Shown here in pieces: positions 47,881 through 55,227 of a stretch of 64,000 nt of DNA (position 1 is its first letter; each line of letters starts with the position of its first letter). The DNA comes from Candidatus Omnitrophota bacterium. GTDB lineage: Bacteria > Omnitrophota > Gorgyraeia > JABMRN01 > RBG-13-46-9. A program made the position numbers and the translations under genes. The stretch lies in the NCBI GenBank assembly GCA_016782425.1, contig JADHYN010000001.1, forward strand, positions 655 through 64,654, read 5' to 3'. Below the pieces are notes generated by a model. That model was not told the DNA's origin. It did no database searches and saw nothing but the letters and a program-made list of their open reading frames with translations.

Positions 47881-47933
47881 AGATATTATTATACTCTGTG
47901 TAGAGAGATTTTGAAATAAAAAAAGTAACTCTT

Positions 47934-47975
47934 AAAAGCAGTAGGCGAGACTTAAGCCTCGCCTACTGCTTTTTT
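47934..47975 (-). terminator. Rho-independent terminator hairpin: AAAA-GCAGTAGGCGAGaC-ttaa-GcCTCGCCTACTGC-TTTTTT
   Basis: The stem-loop has U/A tracts on both sides. It lies just 3' of the HupE-like permease stop (47977) on the minus strand. It is a sequence relative of the hairpin at 8779-8812. Confidence 0.6.
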
Positions 47976-47976
47976 G

Positions 47977-48687
47977 TTATAATCCCAGAAACTGAATCGC
48001 AATGCCGGAAAGGCATATTGTCGCACCGGCAAGGGCATGGCTGTAACGCTCGAGTTTTCCCAATGGTACTATTTTTATACCTAAAGAAAGCAATATTACT
48101 ATACTCATCATAGTGGCAACTGTTGCAGCGCCAAAAGTCAGTGTTACGCCAATAAGGCCAGCTATGCTTTTCTTGGCAGCCGGATACATGAGAATAGGTA
48201 TCAACGGTTCGCAGGGCCCCAGAACGAAAATAGTAAAAAGGATCCAAGGCGTAATATTGCTTTTTGCCTCTTTATGCGCATGGACATGCTCATATTTGTG
48301 CGCGTGGTCATGGTCGTGATTTTCTCCGTCGAGATGTGCATGCACGTGAGCGTGGGGTTTGTTTTTTATGGCCTGGTGAATACCCCATACAAAATATGCA
48401 AATCCAAAACCGATAAAGGCCCAGGCAGCTATGTTACCTCTAAACGCCTCAAAGGCCTCCAATTTCATAATAGCTATGCCAAAAGCAATGCCAATAAAGC
48501 CCAATACTACCGAGCTCATTATGTGCCCTATTCCGCAGAGAAAAGTAATAAATATCGTTTTGGGTAAAGCCCATTTGCGCGCCTTGCTCATTACTATGAA
48601 CGGCAGGTAATGGTCCGGCCCGAAAACCGTATGAAAAAACCCTATCGACGCTGCGGTTGTATATAAAATTATTAATTCTTTGTTCAT
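47977..48687 (-). CDS. HupE/UreJ-like (or NicO-like) nickel/cobalt transporter with His-rich loop
   Basis: The N-terminal FHTVFGPDHYLPFIVM resembles the HupE/UreJ H-x4-G-x-DH motif. The central loop is HAHVHAHLDGENHDHDHAHKYEHVHAHKE. I place the start at the ATG at 48687 (MNKEL), preceded by an AAGGAGG RBS. The ORF-track upstream extension is unlikely. Confidence 0.5.
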   Translation of the reverse strand: MNKELIILYTTAASIGFFHTVFGPDHYLPFIVMSKARKWALPKTIFITFLCGIGHIMSSVVLGFIGIAFGIAIMKLEAFEAFRGNIAAWAFIGFGFAYFVWGIHQAIKNKPHAHVHAHLDGENHDHDHAHKYEHVHAHKEAKSNITPWILFTIFVLGPCEPLIPILMYPAAKKSIAGLIGVTLTFGAATVATMMSIVILLSLGIKIVPLGKLERYSHALAGATICLSGIAIQFLGL

Positions 48688-48914
48688 GTCGCCTCCTTTA
48701 ATGAGACCTTGAGTTATTAAAAATTTCAAAGAAATTTTTCATAACTCAATCTTCTCTGAACTTCTTCCCCGAAGGGTCGAATTAAACCCCGCCCTTTTGG
48801 TAAACGTATTTTTTTGTCTTAATAAACTATTCTTCATTTGCAAAGTGTTATCGTAATTTTTCGTTTTTATCCTTGCCAAAAGGGCGGGGTAAATTCGCAG
48901 ACGGCCTTATGCCT
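48688..48914 (-). promoter_or_regulatory. long (~225-nt) structured 5' leader of the nickel-permease gene, candidate riboswitch or attenuator
   Basis: A 14-bp perfect long-range pairing, CCCCGCCCTTTTGG (48787-48800) with CCAAAAGGGCGGGG (48876-48889), encloses ~75 nt. Directly upstream of the RBS there is also a 17-bp hairpin, GAGUUAUGAAAAAUUUC-UUU-GAAAUUUUUAAUAACUC, with one mismatch. I did not recognise a known riboswitch class. Confidence 0.3.
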
Positions 48915-48950
48915 ATGATTTACGGAAACCTGCAGATTTCCGTAAATCAT
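48915..48950. promoter_or_regulatory. 36-bp near-perfect palindrome ATGATTTACGGAAA-cctgcaga-TTTCCGTAAATCAT (candidate NikR or other operator, or porin terminator)
   Basis: I see this directly, 8 nt after the porin stop and ~230 nt upstream of the permease start. It has no U-tract, so an operator is at least as likely as a terminator. The TTACG-N16-CGTAA core echoes the 6-N16-6 layout of the E. coli NikR box. Confidence 0.35.
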
Positions 48951-48958
48951 CTGCTCAT

Positions 48959-50350
48959 TTAAAAATCAACCTGCGCCCTGGTTCCGTAAACAAATATCGT
49001 GTCATTCTCCCCCTGGTATGAGTGGCTCACGCCATAAGGGTTCCATATAAGCTGAAAGTCCGGGCTTATGGCCAGCCATTTAAATAGCTGGCATTTGTAA
49101 TAAATTTCAATATGCCCTTCTCCGGCGCCAAAATCGCTGGGAGAGGCGTCTTTCCACGCCTTACTCGGGAAAATCTGACCTATGGCGCAGGCGAGAACGT
49201 CGTCATCCCTCTTCCAATATTTACCCGCAACCTGGCCGCCGGTGGACCAGGACCATTCGAGCGTCGGATTCGTGGTAACATCGACCATTGTTATGTCACC
49301 GGGAAGAACGTCAGGCCTTTGCCACCCGAATCGTCCGAATAATCCAAACGCGTCCGTTACCATCTGGTCAAAGCTGAATCCAAAGCCATAGTTTAAGATC
49401 TTGCCTTTATCGCTGGATTCATCGTCCTTCGCGAGCTTTTCGTGATTACGGTCGTTCATCCAGAAGTAAGTCCTGTAATTTCCGTCAAACTGCTCGGTGT
49501 CTATGCCAAGCGCCTCGATCTCCGACGGCCTGAAATTAAACTGAAATGAGTAGAAGTTTTTATCAAACACGTCGTCATAATCAGCGTCGCCTGAAAAATA
49601 GCTAAGTTCTGTTTGGATAAAGCTTATGGGTTCAAATGCAAGAATAAGGTCCATTCCAAGGGCATTTCCCGGAGGAAATTCCATAACAGGAGAATTCCTG
49701 AACATATGGGCAAGGAACTGGGTTTTCTCGTCATTAGCGTATTCGTTCTGGTCAACGCGATCCCCGCAATCCATTTTACCCAGAGTAAAGGCGATTTGCT
49801 TATCAAGCGCGAACTGCGTATAAAACCATTCTGCGAACTCGACGCGCGAACCAGTATCAGCGGCTTCGCGGTTTACATTACTGAATACCTCAAGCTCGTT
49901 CTCGATCGTATCGTTTTCTCCACCCTCAAGATGTAAATACGCGAATCCCCAATCCTCAAACTCTTTGGCTATTTCAACATCAGCCGAGTATGAGGCGTCA
50001 AATATGCTGTTTTCTCCCGCGCCGGCGTTATTAGCGTCAGGGGTGCCTTGCGCGACAAACGTAATACCCGCTCCTATATTAAGCCCTGCCGGCTCGACTC
50101 TCATTCCCTCGCCGGGCTTATATTCTATGAGAGATTTTTTCACTTCGTCCCTTACGTGTTCAAGCGAAATCGCTTTCATATCCTGTTTTACCATTTTTTT
50201 TTCAAGTTCATCAACGCGCATTTTTAGAGACTGTATCTCTGTCAAAAGTTCCGCGGTTGTAGGCGCTGCAGGCCCTGCCGCAAATACAGCCGGGGTTATC
50301 ATGCTTATCAAAATAAATAAAGCCGCCAGTCCTGTGATTTTCCTAAGCAT
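48959..50350 (-). CDS. outer-membrane porin, probably OprB-like carbohydrate-selective family, with N-terminal coiled coil
   Basis: It has a signal peptide and a coiled-coil segment (LLTEIQSLKMRVDELEKKMVKQDM). The remainder is rich in alternating aromatic/hydrophilic beta-strand patterns, with a C-terminal Phe (…RAQVDF). Confidence 0.5.
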   Translation of the reverse strand: MLRKITGLAALFILISMITPAVFAAGPAAPTTAELLTEIQSLKMRVDELEKKMVKQDMKAISLEHVRDEVKKSLIEYKPGEGMRVEPAGLNIGAGITFVAQGTPDANNAGAGENSIFDASYSADVEIAKEFEDWGFAYLHLEGGENDTIENELEVFSNVNREAADTGSRVEFAEWFYTQFALDKQIAFTLGKMDCGDRVDQNEYANDEKTQFLAHMFRNSPVMEFPPGNALGMDLILAFEPISFIQTELSYFSGDADYDDVFDKNFYSFQFNFRPSEIEALGIDTEQFDGNYRTYFWMNDRNHEKLAKDDESSDKGKILNYGFGFSFDQMVTDAFGLFGRFGWQRPDVLPGDITMVDVTTNPTLEWSWSTGGQVAGKYWKRDDDVLACAIGQIFPSKAWKDASPSDFGAGEGHIEIYYKCQLFKWLAISPDFQLIWNPYGVSHSYQGENDTIFVYGTRAQVDF

Positions 50351-50363
50351 ACCTTCCTCCTGC

Positions 50364-50780
50364 CTATGGTAGCTCTTTAGCAGTCGTTGCTGCCGTAAGG
50401 GCCCCGTATTTTACTCCTTTTATTGACTTTAGCTTATCAGCTAACTCTTCTATTTTCTTTGGATTTCCTTTTACCACTATGGTTTCCAGGCAATTATGAT
50501 GGTCCAAATGTACGTGCTGATTCGAAATAACCATGCCGTGGAAATCATGCTGCATGTCAGTGAGCTTATTTACGAGTTCCCGCCTGTGGTGGTCATAAAC
50601 AAGTACTATCGCGCCGGCGACTTCGCGGCCCGAGCGCCACTCGCTTTTTACAAGCTCACCGCGTATGAGCGCGCGTATCGCGTCCGAACGGTTCTGGTAT
50701 TTTTTCGACTTAGCGTACCTATCAAACTTCGCAAGAAGCTTATCCTCAAGCGCGATGCTGAATCTCACAAGTTTCGCCAT
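50364..50780 (-). CDS. nikR: nickel-responsive transcriptional regulator NikR
   Basis: The ribbon-helix-helix N-terminus is RFSIALEDKLLAKFD...RSDAIRALI. The C-terminal nickel site reads HHRRELVNKLTDMQHDFHGMVISNQHVHLDHHNCLE, the H..H..H.H...C pattern of NikR. Confidence 0.85.
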   Translation of the reverse strand: MAKLVRFSIALEDKLLAKFDRYAKSKKYQNRSDAIRALIRGELVKSEWRSGREVAGAIVLVYDHHRRELVNKLTDMQHDFHGMVISNQHVHLDHHNCLETIVVKGNPKKIEELADKLKSIKGVKYGALTAATTAKELP

Positions 50781-50794
50781 GATTGTCCTTTCGT

Positions 50795-50817
50795 GTTACG
50801 ATTTTTATAATCGTAAC
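50795..50817. promoter_or_regulatory. perfect palindrome GTTACGATT-TTTAT-AATCGTAAC 15-37 nt upstream of the nikR start (candidate autoregulatory NikR operator overlapping a TATAAA -10-like element)
   Basis: I see this directly. Its position relative to nikR is what one expects for an RHH-repressor operator. Confidence 0.4.
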
Positions 50818-50864
50818 ATTACATCGCTACTCTGTCAAGTATTTTGTGAGTGTCGACGCCTAAT

Positions 50865-51521
50865 TTAGTGACAGGTTGGGCAGTGAGGGTGGGAGCTTTC
50901 TTTGACGAAAAGAAGAGGAAAAACGATATCGCTTACACAGCATGGCACCCAGACAGCTATAAAGAGGAAAACAAATACGCCTGCGTAGGAAATCCACGTA
51001 AGCTTCTCGCCTATTGCCATCAGGATATGAAACAAAGACGCCCAGGTACTTAAAAGTACGTGTCCGGCGTGAGGAAATTTTGTCCTGGGCCTGAAATAGG
51101 CTATCGCTATCCCTATTATAGCAAGGGGGTTTACGAGCCACCATTTCTCAATAAAACCTATATGCATGTGTCTGTGTGGCATATTAAGAAGCGTTTCCCC
51201 CAGGTAAGGAATAAGGGAATCGCTTAAAGTCGCTATCCCGATAGCGCCGACATAGCCTATGACTAAGAGCGCCCAAATATTACATTTACTTTTAAGACCG
51301 CCGCATTTGTGAATATTATACATCGACGCCGTAACAAGCGCACTTAATAGAACGTGCAGGGGGTGAAACACATAAAACATATCATATGAGGTTCTTTCCG
51401 GCAGGTTCTTACAAAAAAACATAAGCGCTATGCCTGTCAGCGCCCCGAAGATAGTGAAGGGTGCGTGGTGCTTGAGTTCTGTTAATATTTTTTTAAGCAT
51501 ACTTTGTTTCTTTGAATTCAC
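50865..51521 (-). CDS. integral membrane protein with His/Cys-rich motifs (HRHMH, HAGH, C-terminal HPHCPTCH); function unknown, possibly metal-related
   Basis: It is 218 aa with about 5-6 TM helices. The metal-ligand-like clusters and its position next to nikR suggest a metal role. Confidence 0.35.
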   Translation of the reverse strand: MNSKKQSMLKKILTELKHHAPFTIFGALTGIALMFFCKNLPERTSYDMFYVFHPLHVLLSALVTASMYNIHKCGGLKSKCNIWALLVIGYVGAIGIATLSDSLIPYLGETLLNMPHRHMHIGFIEKWWLVNPLAIIGIAIAYFRPRTKFPHAGHVLLSTWASLFHILMAIGEKLTWISYAGVFVFLFIAVWVPCCVSDIVFPLLFVKESSHPHCPTCH

Positions 51522-51585
51522 TGATTATAGTAAAAAACTCGTCTTTTGTCTAATTTAAAATTATATATTTATTATCAGTAAATTT

Positions 51586-52185
51586 TTAATTAGCGTAACT
51601 CCATCGCATTTTGATATCCAGGATAGGAGTACCATTAACTGCATCAAGCCCTTCAACGAAAAGAACCGCCCCTTTTACCTCCGCCAGCCTGACGTCTTGT
51701 ATGCCAATTCTTGACAGTCTGTAAGGCGTGCGTGAAGCGAATACCCCCACTTCTTTTCCGTCTAAACCTCTTTTAAAGATTGATGCCACGGAATTTGCCT
51801 CGTGTAAATAGTAAACAATCGTAATGTATTCTTCTTCTTCTAATTTATATAAGAAAGGTTTTTGTGATGCAAATAGCTTTATGCGCGATGTTCCGTCCTT
51901 GCCACGGGTATCAAAACCTTTACCGGCACGCTTTAGTTTATTATAAACAATGCCTATGGGATAAATTTTAAACGGTTTTGCCTTGCTGTATAAACAGGCG
52001 GGACAAACCGGTTTGCCGTCAACAACAACATTATTGACGGGCGCCATTTTCCTGTTGCACCTAGAACACCTGCTATTTTTCATTGTTTTCTTCCTGAAAT
52101 CACCACGAATCCCCCTTCGCCGAAGCCTCTTTTCGGTTTTTCTACTGAATTGATTTTTCCCGGCAGCTCGAAAATAGTCTGCCAA
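51586..52185 (-). CDS. TsaA/YaeB-like (TrmO-family) SAM-binding beta-barrel domain protein with N-terminal Cys4 zinc ribbon
   Basis: The C-terminal SRTPYRLSRIGIQDVRL...GLDAVNGTPILDIK matches the TsaA-like UPF0066 signature. The N-terminus is CSRCNRK...CPAC. The start may be the ATG at 52086 (MKNSRCSRC), which avoids overlap. Confidence 0.5.
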   Translation of the reverse strand: MADYFRAAGKNQFSRKTEKRLRRRGIRGDFRKKTMKNSRCSRCNRKMAPVNNVVVDGKPVCPACLYSKAKPFKIYPIGIVYNKLKRAGKGFDTRGKDGTSRIKLFASQKPFLYKLEEEEYITIVYYLHEANSVASIFKRGLDGKEVGVFASRTPYRLSRIGIQDVRLAEVKGAVLFVEGLDAVNGTPILDIKMRWSYAN

Positions 52186-52700
52186 TAAGAGATCCGGGAA
52201 AAACGGATTTTTGTCAACATCTCTGTTATTTCTTTAATGCCAAAAAAGTTTGCTTTTTTATAAAAAACGCTTTTTTTTATCCGGTAAAATTTACCTAAAA
52301 AACTATTCTTATCTATAATCCCTATAATAATCTTACCGTTTTTCCTTAGCACTCTTTTTGCCTCTCGCAACACTTGCTCGGGATTTTTAACAAAGCAAAG
52401 GGTAATAATAATTGTAACAAAATCAAATTCGGAATTTTTAAATGGTACTTTTTCTCCAAGGCCTGATTTTATCCTGATCTCTCTTTTTCCGGCTATCCCA
52501 AGCATTTTTTTCGAAGGATCTATTCCATATTTTGTACCAAGCAAAACAGCAAATCTTCCTGTACCCACGCCAATTTCAATTCCTTTTCCCATTCTCGGGA
52601 CTGCTTTTTTTACCGCTTTGAGCTCCGAAAGATATGCAAATTTATTCCTATCGTACCAGGCGTCGTATTTCTTGTAATATTTATTAAATATATTACTCAT
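52080..52700 (-). CDS. class I SAM-dependent methyltransferase
   Basis: IEIGVGTGRFAVLL is motif I, and FDFVTIIITLCFV is post-II. Confidence 0.7.
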   Translation of the reverse strand: MSNIFNKYYKKYDAWYDRNKFAYLSELKAVKKAVPRMGKGIEIGVGTGRFAVLLGTKYGIDPSKKMLGIAGKREIRIKSGLGEKVPFKNSEFDFVTIIITLCFVKNPEQVLREAKRVLRKNGKIIIGIIDKNSFLGKFYRIKKSVFYKKANFFGIKEITEMLTKIRFSRISYWQTIFELPGKINSVEKPKRGFGEGGFVVISGRKQ

Positions 52701-53014
52701 AAATTCGAATCTCCTAACCAGCCATCGTAAAATCTCTTCAAATGTTTATAGAATTCCCTATCCATGATGTTTCTTTTTACATCTTTCTCTTTAAAGGAAT
52801 ATTTATAACCGGCACAATAACTTATTAAAATATCGTTTGCACGGCCTATTTTTTTAAACATTTCCTCGCACTTTTTCTTCTTTTTATCTTTACATTTGTC
52901 AGGATGATATTTATACGCCAGAACACGATAGGCCTTCTTTATTTCTTCCAGGGTCGCATCTTCTTCTAATCCCAGGAGTTGTCTTGCTTCATCAATTCGT
53001 TTAAAATCCGACAT
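52697..53014 (-). CDS. J-domain (DnaJ-like) protein
   Basis: YRVLAYKYHPDK contains the HPD tripeptide in J-domain context. Confidence 0.7.
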   Translation of the reverse strand: MSDFKRIDEARQLLGLEEDATLEEIKKAYRVLAYKYHPDKCKDKKKKKCEEMFKKIGRANDILISYCAGYKYSFKEKDVKRNIMDREFYKHLKRFYDGWLGDSNL

Positions 53015-53030
53015 TTTAATAATTTTCCCT

Positions 53031-53243
53031 TTAAAAACCCGTAGGGCATGTTCCTGTAGGGCAACTTGACCCAGAGGAACCGGATTTACCGCCTGAATTC
53101 CCTACACTAAATAAACTTAATATTTTATCTACGTTTCTGCTATTGCATTTTTTGCATTTAAGCTCTGCTTTTTCAGAAGTCACCCCTATTAATAAATCAA
53201 ACTTTTCATTACAATCTTTGCATACATAAGTATAAATAGGCAT
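53031..53243 (-). CDS. FmdB-family zinc-ribbon protein
   Basis: MPIYTYVCKDCNEKFDLL...CKKCNS is the CxxC...CxxC FmdB signature, with a Gly/Ser-rich tail. Confidence 0.7.
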   Translation of the reverse strand: MPIYTYVCKDCNEKFDLLIGVTSEKAELKCKKCNSRNVDKILSLFSVGNSGGKSGSSGSSCPTGTCPTGF

Positions 53244-53286
53244 TATTTTCCTCTATTGAATTTTTTAGTCTATAACCACAAACCAG

Positions 53287-53604
53287 CTAAATATGAGAAT
53301 CAACCTTGGAGGCAAGTTCCGATTCGGGGACTACCCCGACAACCGTATCAACGATCTTACCACCTTTAAAAATAGCTAAAGTAGGTATGCTCATAATGCC
53401 ATATTCAGATGATGTTTTTGGGGCTTCATCAACGTTTAGTTTGCATACTTTTAGTTTGTCTTTATACTTTTTAGCTATAGCCTCGACTGTCGGAGCAACC
53501 ATGCGACAGGGCATGCACCACTCAGCCCAAAAATCTACCAAAACCGGCAAATCTGAGTTTAATACAACCTCATTAAAATTCGCATCATTTGTATTTATCT
53601 CCAT
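53287..53604 (-). CDS. thioredoxin
   Basis: The active site is WAEWCMPCRMVAP. I place the start at the ATG at 53604 (MEINT), which has an AGGAGA RBS. Confidence 0.85.
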   Translation of the reverse strand: MEINTNDANFNEVVLNSDLPVLVDFWAEWCMPCRMVAPTVEAIAKKYKDKLKVCKLNVDEAPKTSSEYGIMSIPTLAIFKGGKIVDTVVGVVPESELASKVDSHI

Positions 53605-53677
53605 TTCTCCGTTCTCCTTTCTCAAAAAATTTCATTTAATAATATACTTCTAAACCTATTCAAAGATGCTATTCTCT

Positions 53678-54955
53678 CTACTTAACTTGCGACTCTTCAA
53701 TTGAATGTGTTGGAGCAGGAACTTTTTCAAGTTGCCCGTTTCGATATTTATTCACGGTTTCAGCTACAGTTAAATCCTCTGCAATTTTGTATATATCTAC
53801 AAAGTTTTCCTTAAGCATATAAAATGATAATTCTCCGATTTTAGCGGTAAACAGCATATCCAGCTTATATTTTATTACCGCTTTAATAACTTTAATGCCT
53901 ATGTGTTTTTTCTCATTAAGAAATTCGTTGTAATAAAAATCCTCTATTTCTGCATCTTTATCGGTTAATCTTAAGATAATATAATACGGAGCTCGTCCAA
54001 AATGGGCGTGAACCTTTGAATCCAAACCGTTCATATCCTTTACCGGAATAATCACCGATTCAACATTTCGTTTTGCAGGTTCAAGATGTATAAATACGGA
54101 TTCAATATCCTCATAGCTTTTGGTTATCAAATCTTCTGTTTTATCCGCAAGCTCATGCGCGCGGTATAATGGAAGTGTAGGCGAAGTCTCGATTTTGCAT
54201 TCTACCATCTTGAACGGCCCTGATTGCCGAATTTTGACCTCACTTGTTCCTTTAACCCCGTATATTTCATTTATCTTTTTTTCAATCGCGAATTGCAATT
54301 CGGGGCCTAGATTAGCGTCCATTAACGCCAATAAAGACATCCATACGTTTTCAATGCCTAATTTGAAAATCAAAAGCGAAATTAAAACTATAATAACTCC
54401 TTCTATATGGGGAATTCTTAAAAAAGCCAACCATATCCCTGCCAAAACAACCATTGAAGTAATAATATCCAGAAATGATTCCCGGGCATTAGCAATAAGG
54501 GATTGAGAGTTACTTTCTCGGCCTGCTGCTTGTTCTTTTCTGGCTATAAAAAAAGCCGCTATAGCTGATATTCCACTCACAACGAGAGGCAAAGCAGGGA
54601 ATTCTTCAACTTGGGTTATGTGGAAAAGCTTATAATATCCTTCTTTTAACATCCCTATGCCAGCCCATATTATGAATATTCCAATTAAAAAACTAACCAG
54701 AGTTTCTGCTTTATATAACCCATAAGGAAATCTGGCGCTTTTTTTCTTTCCCGCTAACCAAAGACCAAAACCGGAAGCAAAAATTGCCAAAAGATCTGCG
54801 GCACTGTGAAACGCATCAGCCAATAATATTTTTGAATTAAATAGGTACCCTACGGTGCCTTTGGCAATTGCTAGAAACAAAGTAAAAAAGGCAGCTATAA
54901 ACGCTACTTTTTGGCCCCTTTTTAATTTCTCCATCCTACCTTTGGCAATCCCCAT
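53678..54955 (-). CDS. cation diffusion facilitator (CDF) transporter fused to a C-terminal NifX/NifB-like (dinitrogenase FeMo-cofactor-binding) domain
   Basis: The N-terminal ~300 aa have six TM helices with CDF signatures (LLADAFHSAADLL; H/D metal sites). The C-terminal VIIPVKDMNGLDSKVHAHFGRAPYYIIL matches the conserved HFGxAP start of the NifX/NafY/NifB-C domain. Confidence 0.65.
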   Translation of the reverse strand: MGIAKGRMEKLKRGQKVAFIAAFFTLFLAIAKGTVGYLFNSKILLADAFHSAADLLAIFASGFGLWLAGKKKSARFPYGLYKAETLVSFLIGIFIIWAGIGMLKEGYYKLFHITQVEEFPALPLVVSGISAIAAFFIARKEQAAGRESNSQSLIANARESFLDIITSMVVLAGIWLAFLRIPHIEGVIIVLISLLIFKLGIENVWMSLLALMDANLGPELQFAIEKKINEIYGVKGTSEVKIRQSGPFKMVECKIETSPTLPLYRAHELADKTEDLITKSYEDIESVFIHLEPAKRNVESVIIPVKDMNGLDSKVHAHFGRAPYYIILRLTDKDAEIEDFYYNEFLNEKKHIGIKVIKAVIKYKLDMLFTAKIGELSFYMLKENFVDIYKIAEDLTVAETVNKYRNGQLEKVPAPTHSIEESQVK

Positions 54956-54978
54956 TGTTCTTTCCTTTAACTTTCAGT

Positions 54979-55212
54979 TTATTCCTGAAAAAACTGCCGG
55001 GTCATAAAGGCACCGCAATTAGGGCATCTTGTCTGAAAGCAAGGCAAGCCTCGTCTATGAGGAACAACTCTTTCGCAATTGGGACAAATGCAGGTCTCTA
55101 GAGGTCCAACCGGGCCTCGAGGCCCAAACCATCCACGTCCTCTACTCCCTCCAAAACCTCTGCCTCGTCCATCGCCTCCTCTGCCTCTGCCCTTTCCAAA
55201 TCCAAATGGCAT
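54979..55212 (-). CDS. DUF5320-like Gly/Arg-rich small protein, Cys-containing variant (CxCPxC ... CPxCG)
   Basis: MPFGFGKGRGRGGDGRGRGFGGSRGRGWFGPRGP... is followed by CICPNCERV...CPNCGAFM. It is a paralogue of 62572..62805. Confidence 0.5.
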   Translation of the reverse strand: MPFGFGKGRGRGGDGRGRGFGGSRGRGWFGPRGPVGPLETCICPNCERVVPHRRGLPCFQTRCPNCGAFMTRQFFQE

Positions 55213-55227
55213 TTCGATACTCCTTTT

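Noticed and set aside
48915-48950. 36-bp palindrome as a canonical intrinsic terminator of the porin gene
   Set aside because: It forms a strong hairpin but lacks a 3' U-tract on the transcribed strand. Its TTACG/CGTAA cores match the palindrome upstream of nikR, so an operator role is at least as plausible. I report it as regulatory with low confidence.
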